DNA of 32,000 nucleotides, taken from positions 284,570 to 316,569 of the forward strand of contig CAVOUE010000005.1 in assembly GCA_963699545.1 (NCBI GenBank), written 5' to 3'. This document shows positions 16,513 to 25,505 of this stretch, piece after piece. The stretch is from Nitrospirota bacterium (GTDB lineage: Bacteria; Nitrospirota; Thermodesulfovibrionia; Thermodesulfovibrionales; UBA9159). Numbering within the stretch: position 1 is the first letter of the stretch; the number at the start of each line of letters is the position of its first letter. Position numbers and translations under genes: made by a program. The notes below the pieces were generated by a model, which did not search any database, was not told where the DNA came from, and saw nothing but the letters and a program-made list of their open reading frames with translations.

Positions 16513-17457
16513 TCAGTTTTTATTGAATTCCTTTAATTGCCTGTATTGTTCGTGCGTTAAATTTCTGTATGGCGATCTTTCTTTGGAGAAATTACCAAAT
16601 CCATCCAGTCCTTGTATAGCGTCAATGGTGATAGGTTTTTTCATAATCACCATTGTGTCAGGCGCAAAGTAATTACTCCAAGGATAATTAGGCTCTTCAT
16701 TAGTTCGTTCGACTCTCTCAATTTCAACTTCAATAGTAATCGCCTTTAGGTTCTTGTCATACAATAATAATTTTCTGCCAGTTCCATCGAGGTTTTTATA
16801 TTCGCGCGGTGTATTCCACCGTGTCCATAATCCTCTCCTCATCTCATCAATGTATTTGTCATGGTATACCTCTGATTTGTTGCCGAAAGCGACTTTTGAG
16901 ATAATTCCAACGATATCCTGTTCAAAAATTGAGTCTCTAATGAGGTCTAAATATTGCTCAATAATTGATTTAAAAACTCCATGTTTGTCGCTAATGTACT
17001 GTCTCAAATAATCATAAACCTTCTTCCATTCCAAGTGGCGTATAATTTTGCCATTAATCTGCAAAAACTTATGGATATAACTGCTATTTGAATCATCCGG
17101 CGTCAACAAGACCAGCACCTGCTGTTTATGAGCATCGTCAGCAAATACTTCCAAATGTTTATTGATTTGATCATCCCTCAATGTAGCTGAAACAATTTTT
17201 GTCTCAAATTGAATGGATGACAACTTTCCAATAAGTTTTGCATCAGCCGTACTCTTGGTTTCATATCCCTCTAATACTTGAAAGTATTCATAATCATCAG
17301 GCGTATCTAACCCAAGCAAGCGATTCAAGAAATGATTCACGAAATTAGCGTCATGAATATTGCCGAGGCTTAGAATTGAAATTAGGCCATTTGTAAAATG
17401 GTTTTCTTTTTGGCTATAGCTACTAAAAATATTCACCGTTTTATTTGTCTTTATCAT
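16513..17457 (-). CDS. Orphan 314-aa protein with an N-terminal PD-(D/E)xK-nuclease-like motif; low-GC, probably horizontally acquired
   Basis: Long ORF in a markedly AT-rich stretch. E18 (SQKENHFTNGLISIL), D72 (STADAKLIG) and E85-x-K87 (IQFETKIV) occur in canonical order and spacing. I do not recognise the rest of the protein. Confidence 0.6.
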   Translation of the reverse strand: MIKTNKTVNIFSSYSQKENHFTNGLISILSLGNIHDANFVNHFLNRLLGLDTPDDYEYFQVLEGYETKSTADAKLIGKLSSIQFETKIVSATLRDDQINKHLEVFADDAHKQQVLVLLTPDDSNSSYIHKFLQINGKIIRHLEWKKVYDYLRQYISDKHGVFKSIIEQYLDLIRDSIFEQDIVGIISKVAFGNKSEVYHDKYIDEMRRGLWTRWNTPREYKNLDGTGRKLLLYDKNLKAITIEVEIERVERTNEEPNYPWSNYFAPDTMVIMKKPITIDAIQGLDGFGNFSKERSPYRNLTHEQYRQLKEFNKN

Positions 17458-17657
17458 TTTTGCCTTATTTTATTTATGGCTGTCGAACCAGTTATTAGAT
17501 AGTTTCTCGATAACTCCGGAATTTTCCAGTCTCCGCAATCTGCCACAGACATCACTCCCGGAATAACTGATTGTTTTATTGTGTCATTGTGATTGGCTAA
17601 TATTACTTTTGTGATGTTATCGAGTTTTCTGTCTAACACGCAACCCCCCGGTGGCAA
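17454..17657 (-). CDS. Hypothetical 67-aa ORF (TTG start inside a G6 run); possibly a remnant
   Basis: It overlaps the 314-aa gene by 4 nt (ATGA) and has the same AT-rich composition from ~17640 downward. No motif and no clear SD. Confidence 0.3.
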   Translation of the reverse strand: MPPGGCVLDRKLDNITKVILANHNDTIKQSVIPGVMSVADCGDWKIPELSRNYLITGSTAINKIRQK

Positions 17658-17832
17658 GTTTGTTATACCCCACCAGAAGTGTCCGAGTCAAGAGCGGAGA
17701 GCCCGTTGATTTCCAGTCGTAAGCCATGGCAAATGACAAGCTGCAGGAAAGCAAGATTCCAGGAAGCACATCGCCCTGCATGTTTTGAGGTGAAGCCGGT
17801 TCTTTCCCTGGCACGGTGCACTCCGTCATATC

Positions 17833-18507
17833 TTACGCCCTTTCATCATAATGCACGATCCACGGACTGTATCCCTCTTCGGCCATCGCCTTCGCGCGGA
17901 CAAAGGCCTCCTCCTTGCCCTGGAATTTCCCTATCCTGACCCGATAGTAAACGGTACTGTTCACGGATGCTTCGACGATATACACATCTCTGTGTTTCAG
18001 ATCCAGTCCTGACTTCAGACGGAGGGCATTCTCCCTCTCCCGGAAAGCGCCCACTTGAATGGTATAGGGACCGCCCGATGCCGAATACTTCACTTCCTTT
18101 CTATATCCCGAATCGCGGCCGACATAAGAGATCCTGACGGCAGCGGTGCCCGGACCGATAAGGCCGATCTCCCTCGCAGCAGCATACGACAGGTCGATAT
18201 CCCTCCCGGAAACAAGGGGACCCCTGTCGTTCACTACGCACCGCACTGTCTTTCCATTGGAGGTATTCGTCACCTGGAGCAGCGTGCCGAAGGGAAGCTC
18301 TCTGTGGGCGCAGGTGAGACCGTACATGTCGAATTTTTCTCCCGATGCCGTCGGTCTTCCGTGAAATTCGGCGCCGTACCACGAGGCGACAGCAGTGCGA
18401 GGGTCATCATAGGTTTCGAAGCGGGAAGACGCACAGGATACCAAAGAGATAACAGTGACAAGCAACAAGCAACGAGTAACAAGTGATAGTGGATAGAGCC
18501 TGTCCAT
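17833..18507 (-). CDS. rlpA: Septal-ring lytic transglycosylase RlpA-family lipoprotein with a C-terminal SPOR domain
   Basis: Lipoprotein signal MDRLYPLSLVTRCLLLVTVISLVS-C. DPBB domain ASWYGAEFHGRPTASGEKFDMYGLTCAHRELPFGTLLQVTN...VVNDRGP. SPOR-like YTIQVGAFRERENALRL...YYRVRIGKF. I trimmed the start to Met19. Confidence 0.85.
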   Translation of the reverse strand: MDRLYPLSLVTRCLLLVTVISLVSCASSRFETYDDPRTAVASWYGAEFHGRPTASGEKFDMYGLTCAHRELPFGTLLQVTNTSNGKTVRCVVNDRGPLVSGRDIDLSYAAAREIGLIGPGTAAVRISYVGRDSGYRKEVKYSASGGPYTIQVGAFRERENALRLKSGLDLKHRDVYIVEASVNSTVYYRVRIGKFQGKEEAFVRAKAMAEEGYSPWIVHYDERA

Positions 18508-18578
18508 AAAATCGTTATAGTCAGGCAAGATGCCCGGCTTACAAATTACCACTAAATGCAATCGATACTATTTACTAC

Positions 18579-19913
18579 TTACAGGATATATCTGCTGAGG
18601 TCTTCGTCTTTCACGATTTCCGAGAGCTGCGCACGGACATACTGTCTGTCGATGACCAGTTCACCGTCTTTCCTCTCCGGGGCCTCAAAGGACACATCCT
18701 CAAGGAGCTTCTCGAGCACCGTATGGAGCCTCCGCGCTCCGATGTTCTCGGTCTTCTCATTGACCAGCGCCGCGATATCCGCTATCTCATCAATGGCATC
18801 GTCGGTGAACTCAATCTTCATATCCTCGGTTGCCAGCAACGCGATATACTGCTTTGTGAGGGCATTGTTCGGTTCCTTAAGGATGCGTATGAACTCATCC
18901 TTGCCCAGATGCTCCAGTTCCACTCGTATGGGAAATCTTCCCTGCAGCTCCGGAATGAGGTCCGAAGGCTTTGTCATATGAAACGCGCCCGCCGCAATAA
19001 AAAGGATGTGGTCGGTGTGGACAGGGCCGTGCTTCGTCGTCACGGTGGAGCCTTCCACTATGGGCAGGAGGTCCCTCTGCACCCCTTCCCGCGATACGTC
19101 AGGACCGTAGCTTGACCCCTTGCTGGCGATCTTGTCGATCTCATCAAGAAAGACGATCCCTGCCTGTTCCACTCTCCCGATCGCTTCCCTGGTCACCCTG
19201 TCCATGTCGATAAGTTTGCCCGCCTCCTCCTGGACAAGCATGACCAACGCCTCCGGCACCCTGACCTTCTTCCTCTTCTGTTTCTCGGGAAGAAAGTTGC
19301 CGAGCATCTCTTTCAGATTGATCTCCAGGTCTTCAAGCCCGACATTGGACACGACGCCGAAGGGCATCGCCCTTTCCTTCACCTCGATGTCAACGTACCG
19401 GGAATCGAGCTTGCCCTCGCGGAGTTGCTGCCTCAGCCGTTCTCTCGTCTGGCGGTGTTTCTCCTTCTCCTCTTCAATATCGACCCCCCTAGCAGACCGG
19501 GGGGGAAGAAGGTAATCGAGCAGCCTTTCTTCGGCCAGGGCCCTTGCCCTTTCCTGGACCTTTTCCATATGCTCGGTCTTGACCATGTTCAGCGACAGTT
19601 CCGTGAGGTCCCTGATCATGGACTCAACGTCACGGCCCACATATCCCACTTCGGTGAACTTTGACGCCTCGATCTTCAGGAAAGGCGCATTGGCAAGCCG
19701 TGCAAGTCTCCTGGCGATCTCGGTCTTACCGACACCGGTGGGTCCTATCATGATGATATTTTTTGGAAGCACTTCATCCCTGATGTCGGCGGAGAGCCGC
19801 TGCCTCCTCCACCGGTTCCGTAACGCGACGGCGACCGCCTTCTTGGCCTTATGCTGGCCTATGATATAACGGTCCAGCTCTTCCACTATCCTCTTCGGTG
19901 TAAGATTATCCAT
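18579..19913 (-). CDS. hslU: ATP-dependent protease ATPase subunit HslU
   Basis: [34 protein letters not shown], Walker [17 protein letters not shown], Walker [11 protein letters not shown]. 444 aa. 8-nt overlap with hslV. Confidence 0.95.
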   Translation of the reverse strand: MDNLTPKRIVEELDRYIIGQHKAKKAVAVALRNRWRRQRLSADIRDEVLPKNIIMIGPTGVGKTEIARRLARLANAPFLKIEASKFTEVGYVGRDVESMIRDLTELSLNMVKTEHMEKVQERARALAEERLLDYLLPPRSARGVDIEEEKEKHRQTRERLRQQLREGKLDSRYVDIEVKERAMPFGVVSNVGLEDLEINLKEMLGNFLPEKQKRKKVRVPEALVMLVQEEAGKLIDMDRVTREAIGRVEQAGIVFLDEIDKIASKGSSYGPDVSREGVQRDLLPIVEGSTVTTKHGPVHTDHILFIAAGAFHMTKPSDLIPELQGRFPIRVELEHLGKDEFIRILKEPNNALTKQYIALLATEDMKIEFTDDAIDEIADIAALVNEKTENIGARRLHTVLEKLLEDVSFEAPERKDGELVIDRQYVRAQLSEIVKDEDLSRYIL

Positions 19914-20439
19914 GCAACTCCTCTACCGTGATCACGCTGTTGGTATAGATGCAAATGGATGCAGCGATCTGCATCGCCCTGTCAACGATCTCCTTCGCCG
20001 ACAGGGGGGTGTTCTCATACAACGCTGTCGCGGCTGCCTGCGCAAAAGGTCCTCCTGAACCGATCGCCGCAACGCCGCTTTCCGGCTCTATTACATCCCC
20101 GTTGCCGGAGATGATGAACGTATGTTCCGTATCGGCGATGATCAGGAGCGCCTCGAGCCTGCGGAGCACCTTGTCCGTCCTCCAGTCCTTTGCAAGCTCC
20201 ACCGCCGCCCTCGTAATATTGCCCCTGTACGATTCGATCTTCGCCTCGAATTTCTCAAAAAGGGTAAAGGCGTCCGCAGTCGCGCCGGAGAATCCTGCGA
20301 CGATCTTGTCGTTATACATCCTCCGGATCTTCTTCGCATTGTGCTTCAGCACGGTAGTGCCGAACGTGACCTGACCGTCTCCGCCTATCGCTACCTTCCC
20401 GTCCCTTCTGACACAGAGTATCGTCGTCCCTTTAAACAT
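19906..20439 (-). CDS. hslV: ATP-dependent protease subunit HslV
   Basis: [25 protein letters not shown] (N-terminal Thr nucleophile region) and [12 protein letters not shown] trimmed the start to the ATG at 20439 (AGGAGG upstream). Confidence 0.95.
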   Translation of the reverse strand: MFKGTTILCVRRDGKVAIGGDGQVTFGTTVLKHNAKKIRRMYNDKIVAGFSGATADAFTLFEKFEAKIESYRGNITRAAVELAKDWRTDKVLRRLEALLIIADTEHTFIISGNGDVIEPESGVAAIGSGGPFAQAAATALYENTPLSAKEIVDRAMQIAASICIYTNSVITVEELHG

Positions 20440-20511
20440 CTCCGGGCATCCTCCTTCTTCCACTCCGGATTAATGAGGTCGGCCACGTATCCCGTCTCAC
20501 CTCGCTCCCTG

Positions 20512-21404
20512 TCATTCTTCTCCCTCTTTCGACAGGGGGTGCGCCTTATCATACACATCCATCAGATGAGTGATATCAAGATGGGTGTATCTCTGGGTTG
20601 TTGAAAGGGATGAATGACCAAGCAGTTCCTGGATCACCCTCAGGTCCGCGCCGCCCTGGAGCAGGTGGGTCGCAAAGGTATGCCTGAGGGTATGGGGCCC
20701 TATCCTGCTGTCAAGCAAAACCGCCCTCGCATACTTTACTACTATACGTCTTACCCCCCTGTCTGTCAACCGTGTTCCGCTCCGGTTCAGGAAAAGGGCC
20801 CGGTCCTTTTTCTTCAGAAGAACTCTCTCGATCGTATAGGTCTTCAGGGCCTCCACCGCTTTTTTTCCCATGGGAACGATCCGTCTCCTTCTTTCCCTTT
20901 CCCCCTCACCTTCACAAAACCCTCCCTTACATTCAGGTCATCGCTGTTCAGACCCGCCAGTTCGCTCACCCTGAGACCGCTGGAATAGAGCAGTTCAAGG
21001 ATCGCCCTGTCCCTTGCAGGGGAAAACCCTATCCCTTCGGGCTTCTCGATAAGTGAGAAGACGTCATCAACGGTGAGGAATTTCGGGAGGAGCTTCGGCA
21101 GTTTCGGCGTATTCACCAGCTTTGCGGGATTCGATTTGATATAGCCTTCCCTCACGAGGAACCTGAAGAAGGACCTGATGCTCGCCAGTCTCCTGCCCGC
21201 CGTGCTCTTCTTCAGTCCGTCATTTATCTGCCCGGCAACGAACCCTCTCACGTCCAGCATCTCGATGTCCTCCGGGCGGGACTTTGTGTATGCAAAGAAG
21301 GCGTCTATGTCTTTCCCGTATGACCTGATCGTATGCTCCGACGCACCACGCTCTGTGGAAAGATATCTCAGGAACTCGTCCCTGTAAGCCGTATAGTCCT
21401 TCAC
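20512..21404 (-). pseudogene. xerC: Tyrosine recombinase XerC (CodV-like), split into two ORFs by a 1-nt frame discontinuity near 20885-20905
   Basis: The N-terminal ORF (186 aa) has the SAM-like core-binding domain and catalytic Arg (ARDRAILELLYSSGLRVSEL), and ends [14 protein letters not shown]... out of frame. The C-terminal ORF reads [13 protein letters not shown]...[12 protein letters not shown]...[14 protein letters not shown] (HxxR, H, Y). The break lies in GGGGGAAAGGGAAAG. Confidence 0.85.
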
Positions 21405-22723
21405 AGCCGGATCCTTTCGAGATACTCTTCCCAGTCCTTTGCCGCCCTCTCCACGAGCATTTTTTTCCTCAGCTCCTTCTTCCTGCCGGAATTCACCGGA
21501 GGGAAAAGGCCGAAGTTTATATTGCTCGGCTGGAAATTTCGGGCCGGTGTGGTGATATGCCGGATGAGAGCGCCGTGGGCAGTGGTGTCGGGTACTGAAA
21601 CGGCTTCCCTCCGGAGAATGCCCCTTGCGGCATTTATCCCGGCCGCAAGTCCCATCGCGGTTGACTCTATATACCCTTCAACACCGGTTATCTGCCCGGC
21701 GAGGTATACGCCCTCTTTGGCTTTAAAGGTCAGGTCCGCGTTTAACATGAGCGGTGCATTGATGAAGGTATTCCGGTGCAGACTGCCGAACCTGAGGAAT
21801 TCAGCCTTCCCGAGCCCGGGTATCATCCTGAAGACCCGCTGCTGCTCCGGCCATTTCAACCGCGTCTGAAATCCGACCATATTATATGCCGAACCGTCCC
21901 TGTTCTCGGGCCGCAGCTGGACAACAGCATGGGGTTCCCTCCCTGTCTTCGGGTCACGGAGCCCGACGGGCTTCATGGGACCGAACCGTAATGTATCCCT
22001 TCCCCTGGAGGCCATAACTTCCACAGGCATGCACCCTTCAAAGACCTTTTGGCTTTCAAAGTCCCTGACGTTCACCCGGTCGGATTCGATCAGGGCATCG
22101 AAGAATTTCCCGTATTCCTCCGGTGTCATGGGGCAATTGATATAATCATCGCCGCCTTTGCCGTATCTCGAAGCAAAATAGACCTTGTCGAGCTCGATGC
22201 TCGCGGCGTCGATGATGGGAGAAATGGCGTCATAAAAATAGAGGTGTTCATTCCCCGTGATCCCGCCCAGGGCGTCTGCCATTCGGGCCGACGTCAGGGG
22301 ACCGGTGGCGATGATGCACGGGGCACGAGGTATCTCCCTCACCTCTTCCCTCACCACTTCTATGTTCGGGTTGCCGGAAACAGTGTCGGTCAGAAACCCG
22401 GAAAAGAGCGCCCTGTCCACCGCAACGGCGCTCCCTGCGGGAACCCTTGCCGCCTCTGCCGCCTGCATTATCAGGGAACCGGCCGCTTCCAGTTCCTTCT
22501 TCAGCAGACCCGGTGCGCTCATGACATCACCGGAACGCAGGGAATTTGAGCAGACCAGTTCTCCCAGAAACCCGGTCTTATGGGCCTCGGTGAGTTTGAG
22601 CGGCCTCATCTCAAAGAGCGTCACCTTTATGCCCCGAATAGCGGCCTGCCACGCGGCCTCGCTCCCTGCGAGGCCTCCCCCGACGATGATCAATTCGTTC
22701 ATTGAACTATTCTCGATTTCCAT
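21401..22723 (-). CDS. trmFO: Methylenetetrahydrofolate--tRNA-(uracil54-C5)-methyltransferase TrmFO
   Basis: LIIVGGGLAGSEAAWQAAIRGIKVTLFEMRP...AHKT..LGELVCSNSL, 440 aa. Sits in the trmFO-xerC-hslV-hslU order known from Bacillus (trmFO-codV-clpQ-clpY). 4-nt overlap with xerC. Confidence 0.95.
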   Translation of the reverse strand: MEIENSSMNELIIVGGGLAGSEAAWQAAIRGIKVTLFEMRPLKLTEAHKTGFLGELVCSNSLRSGDVMSAPGLLKKELEAAGSLIMQAAEAARVPAGSAVAVDRALFSGFLTDTVSGNPNIEVVREEVREIPRAPCIIATGPLTSARMADALGGITGNEHLYFYDAISPIIDAASIELDKVYFASRYGKGGDDYINCPMTPEEYGKFFDALIESDRVNVRDFESQKVFEGCMPVEVMASRGRDTLRFGPMKPVGLRDPKTGREPHAVVQLRPENRDGSAYNMVGFQTRLKWPEQQRVFRMIPGLGKAEFLRFGSLHRNTFINAPLMLNADLTFKAKEGVYLAGQITGVEGYIESTAMGLAAGINAARGILRREAVSVPDTTAHGALIRHITTPARNFQPSNINFGLFPPVNSGRKKELRKKMLVERAAKDWEEYLERIRL

Positions 22724-22802
22724 GCGGGTTCTATCAAGGGAATATGATGCAACGTTTCATCCACTTCATTGTGAGAGGCAAGCAACAACGAGCCTTGATC
22801 GC

Positions 22803-23405
22803 TCACCTGATAAACTTTTTTTTCCAGTAGATATAGACCGCCACGATGATCGCCGATCCTATGAGAAGCCCGATGGTGATCTGGGTGAGATATCTCTTGA
22901 TCAGCTCTTCCTCTTGTCCGATGAGATAGCCGAGTCCGAGGAGAACGGTCACCCAGAAACCGGCGCCAAGCGCAGTATAGGACGTAAATTTCAGATGGTT
23001 CATCCTCCCGAGACCGGCGGGAAATGATATAAGGTGCCGCACAACAGGGATAAGCCTCCCTATGAACGTGGTGATCTCACCATGGTTATGGAAATACTCG
23101 TCGACCTTCAGGAACTTCTCCTTTGACACCCCGGCATATTTGCCGTATCTGAGGATGAATGGTCTCCCGAGCCAGAGGGCGATGAAATAGTTGAAATAGG
23201 CCCCGGCGACACTGCCCGTCACGCCGCATAAAAGACTGAGAGGAAAATTCATCCTGCCCTGCTGCACAAGATATCCGGCAGGGATCATCACCGCCTCGCT
23301 GGGTATCGGCACAAAGGTGCTCTCCAGGGCCATCATGATGAAGATCCCGGGATAGCCGAGGTCGCCCACTGTCTGAACAAGCCATCTCAGAGCCTCTTGA
23401 ATCAT
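22803..23405 (-). CDS. DedA-family inner membrane protein
   Basis: YPGIFIMMALESTFVPIPSEAVMIPAGY...GRLIPVVRHLISFPAGL signature of DedA/SNARE-associated proteins. 200 aa. Confidence 0.85.
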   Translation of the reverse strand: MIQEALRWLVQTVGDLGYPGIFIMMALESTFVPIPSEAVMIPAGYLVQQGRMNFPLSLLCGVTGSVAGAYFNYFIALWLGRPFILRYGKYAGVSKEKFLKVDEYFHNHGEITTFIGRLIPVVRHLISFPAGLGRMNHLKFTSYTALGAGFWVTVLLGLGYLIGQEEELIKRYLTQITIGLLIGSAIIVAVYIYWKKKFIR

Positions 23406-23751
23406 CGCATCTTAATAATAGCATTAGGCTCAGGAATGTTTCAAAACTTTTGGAATGAGCACGATTGCTGAAGTGGATGTTTAGTTATCGAGAATGGATG
23501 AGTCCTCACAGGAATCTTCAGTGTAGAGCATCTTGATTATTGTGAGGGGTACGAGGGAACTCATTACATATGTAACCTTAAAATCATAGATCCCCATCGC
23601 TTGTCCCGCGCCTTGCGGGGAGTGCGAGCTTCAGCAACGCTGAAAATGGGACCTGTTGTTTTTCTTTTTCTCGCAGACTCTCAACATTACTATCGGAAAT
23701 AGAAACACTTCGGCAAATAGCTGACGTGCGTGTTTTCAGGTGCACACCGCT

Positions 23752-24096
23752 CTAATCTGCTCTACCCACTAATCGTGTTATCCCGACGAAGATGACAAAC
23801 CACCCAATCAGCAGAACCAGTATATTTACTGCCAACCACAAAACAGCGGACCAGCTCGACGAAAACTGACGTTGCACACCTCGCTCAAAAAAGAACATAT
23901 CCAAAAAATTGGCAGCTGGCCGCGAGCAGATGTACAGACCGAGCATCACGCCGATGATACCATCCACCTTATCCGTACCGGTTAGCGTACGCAGGTAATA
24001 GAGCAAACCGCTATAGACAATACCGAGCGCTGATGCGCACAGAGTCTCGATATTACGTCTGCTCAGATGCTGATCCATAAGGCTTCTTGGTGGCAT
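23752..24096 (-). CDS. Hypothetical small membrane protein (3 predicted TM helices)
   Basis: 114-aa ORF with helices ALGIVYSGLLYYL, GIIGVMLGLYICS and AVLWLAVNILVLLIGWFVIFVGI. No recognisable motif. Confidence 0.45.
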   Translation of the reverse strand: MPPRSLMDQHLSRRNIETLCASALGIVYSGLLYYLRTLTGTDKVDGIIGVMLGLYICSRPAANFLDMFFFERGVQRQFSSSWSAVLWLAVNILVLLIGWFVIFVGITRLVGRAD

Positions 24097-24225
24097 AATT
24101 CGTAGGGGGATAGCCTTTTAGCCTCCACGTCATCCTCCAGGGAACAACACCCTGCTCCAGAAGCTGAATTATCTGATTTGTTATCTGATCGAACAGGGGG
24201 CGCGGAGGTTATCCCTTTTGAATCT

Positions 24226-24259
24226 CTGATGCAGGGCGCAGAGGATCACCCTGCATCAG
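24226..24259 (-). terminator. Perfect 11-bp stem-loop 8 nt downstream of the SYLF gene stop (no U-tract)
   Basis: CTGATGCAGGG-cgcagaggatca-CCCTGCATCAG. Confidence 0.35.
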
Positions 24260-24267
24260 ATCGGGAA

Positions 24268-24831
24268 TTAATCAGGATGTATCTTGGTGAATTTCGCACC
24301 CTTAATAGACACTCCGCCCATCAAGCCCTTCTGACTGAAAATGAAACCGGCAATCGGGTGCTGGCTCCGCAGTGTCTCAACAGAGACTTCTGCGCCTGTG
24401 GTAATAAGGGTGATCTCCGCGTCGACGCCTGCCACCCAGTTCTCACTGCTGCGGAACTTCCTGAGTACCTCATCGGTCATAAACAGGATGACCATATCGT
24501 ATTTCTCGGCACCGATCTGCCATCCCACCGAACCCTCCGCAAGGCTGTAATAGCCCACAGTCTTGCCGCCGACCAGCAGCGCGCCCTGACCGTACTTCCC
24601 TCCGACCACGAACCCGGCCTTGGTTATGCCTGGCATGACGAGCACTCCCTTGGCGCCCTTGAGATATTCGGTGCCTCCCTTGATTTTCTGCTTAAAGCGG
24701 CTCATCCCTGCCTTGACGCTAGCGTTGATCTCTCCTTTCGTCTTCGCATACGACACGGCTGCAAGCAGAGATAACGCAAACGTAAAACCTAAAACCAGTG
24801 CAAGCACTCTGCAATAATCACGCATCTTCAT
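24268..24831 (-). CDS. SYLF (Ysc84/DUF500) lipid-binding-domain protein, secreted or lipid-anchored
   Basis: Signal peptide MKMRDYCRVLALVLGFTFALSLLAAVSYA. GVLVMPGITKAGFVVGGKYGQGALL...GWQIGAEKYDMVILFMTDE...GVDAEITL...IAGFIFSQKGLMGGVSIKGAKF matches the SYLF repeat pattern. Confidence 0.75.
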   Translation of the reverse strand: MKMRDYCRVLALVLGFTFALSLLAAVSYAKTKGEINASVKAGMSRFKQKIKGGTEYLKGAKGVLVMPGITKAGFVVGGKYGQGALLVGGKTVGYYSLAEGSVGWQIGAEKYDMVILFMTDEVLRKFRSSENWVAGVDAEITLITTGAEVSVETLRSQHPIAGFIFSQKGLMGGVSIKGAKFTKIHPD

Positions 24832-25201
24832 CGTCGCTCCTCCTTCCTGCTTGTTTTCCGACCTGCGTCCTCTGTTAACCCATTATAATAAAGTATATCA
24901 ATTCCTTAGCGTGCTTGCACGTCAGCTTGGCGTTATCGATTTCCAATAATAATCCGAAGTAAGCGACTACAGTCAACTGTTGCGGTTTTCAGGAAGGACA
25001 TCAGCCTTCTGCGGATAACAACTCATACTCCGCACTTTTGTTCAGTATACCACTGGTGCGGACCACAGGAAGGATTTGAGACTTGTTACCAGTTAAACTA
25101 AGCAATCGAAATCTTGTTCTTCACAAACTCCTGATACTCGGTTGAAGAAAAATCGATCCCTACGCCAACAGTTTGGACACAGTTAACAAAGCACCTTGGT
25201 C

Positions 25202-25312
25202 TCACTTCTTTGGTCCGTCCTTTTTGCTGTTGCGAACCATTTGCAACACCGCAAAGATCCCCATTGCAATAACGGCAATACAGAAAACCAGTATGACAAT
25301 GTTCAGGAACAT
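25202..25312 (-). CDS. Candidate 36-aa single-TM peptide
   Basis: MFLNIVILVFCIAVIAMGIFAVLQMVRNSKKDGPKK, preceded by GAAAGGAGGAAAAAGAGG directly upstream of the ATG. It is the in-frame internal start of the 109-aa track ORF, whose N-terminal part looks non-coding. Confidence 0.35.
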   Translation of the reverse strand: MFLNIVILVFCIAVIAMGIFAVLQMVRNSKKDGPKK

Positions 25313-25505
25313 CCTCTTTTTCCTCCTTTCAAGGTATTTGGGAGCACCATACAAAATAACCATACCTTCTATTGTTGGCTTTGTCAAATTCACAAACGCA
25401 TCGTTGCCGTACGCTTTGAAAATACTGGGGACAACACATCCCAATTTCTTAATACCTTCCCCACGATCAGCCTGACGTCCAACGGGGTTATTCACGCCCG
25501 TGCTC

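Noticed and set aside
17617-17829. A 70-aa ORF directly downstream of rlpA that could be joined to the 67-aa ORF by a 1-nt shift in the G6 run at ~17646-17651
   Set aside because: The translation is not protein-like and has a different (high) GC content from the AT-rich part. It more likely marks the islet boundary than a real fused gene.
19484-19505. A C6 ... G7 inverted homopolymer pair inside hslU
   Set aside because: It lies in the coding sequence of the variable I-domain ([10 protein letters not shown]) with the frame intact. Nothing indicates a function beyond coding.
22257-23027. A 256-aa plus-strand ORF spanning the trmFO start and the dedA end
   Set aside because: It crosses an intergenic region antisense to two confidently identified genes and has no motif.
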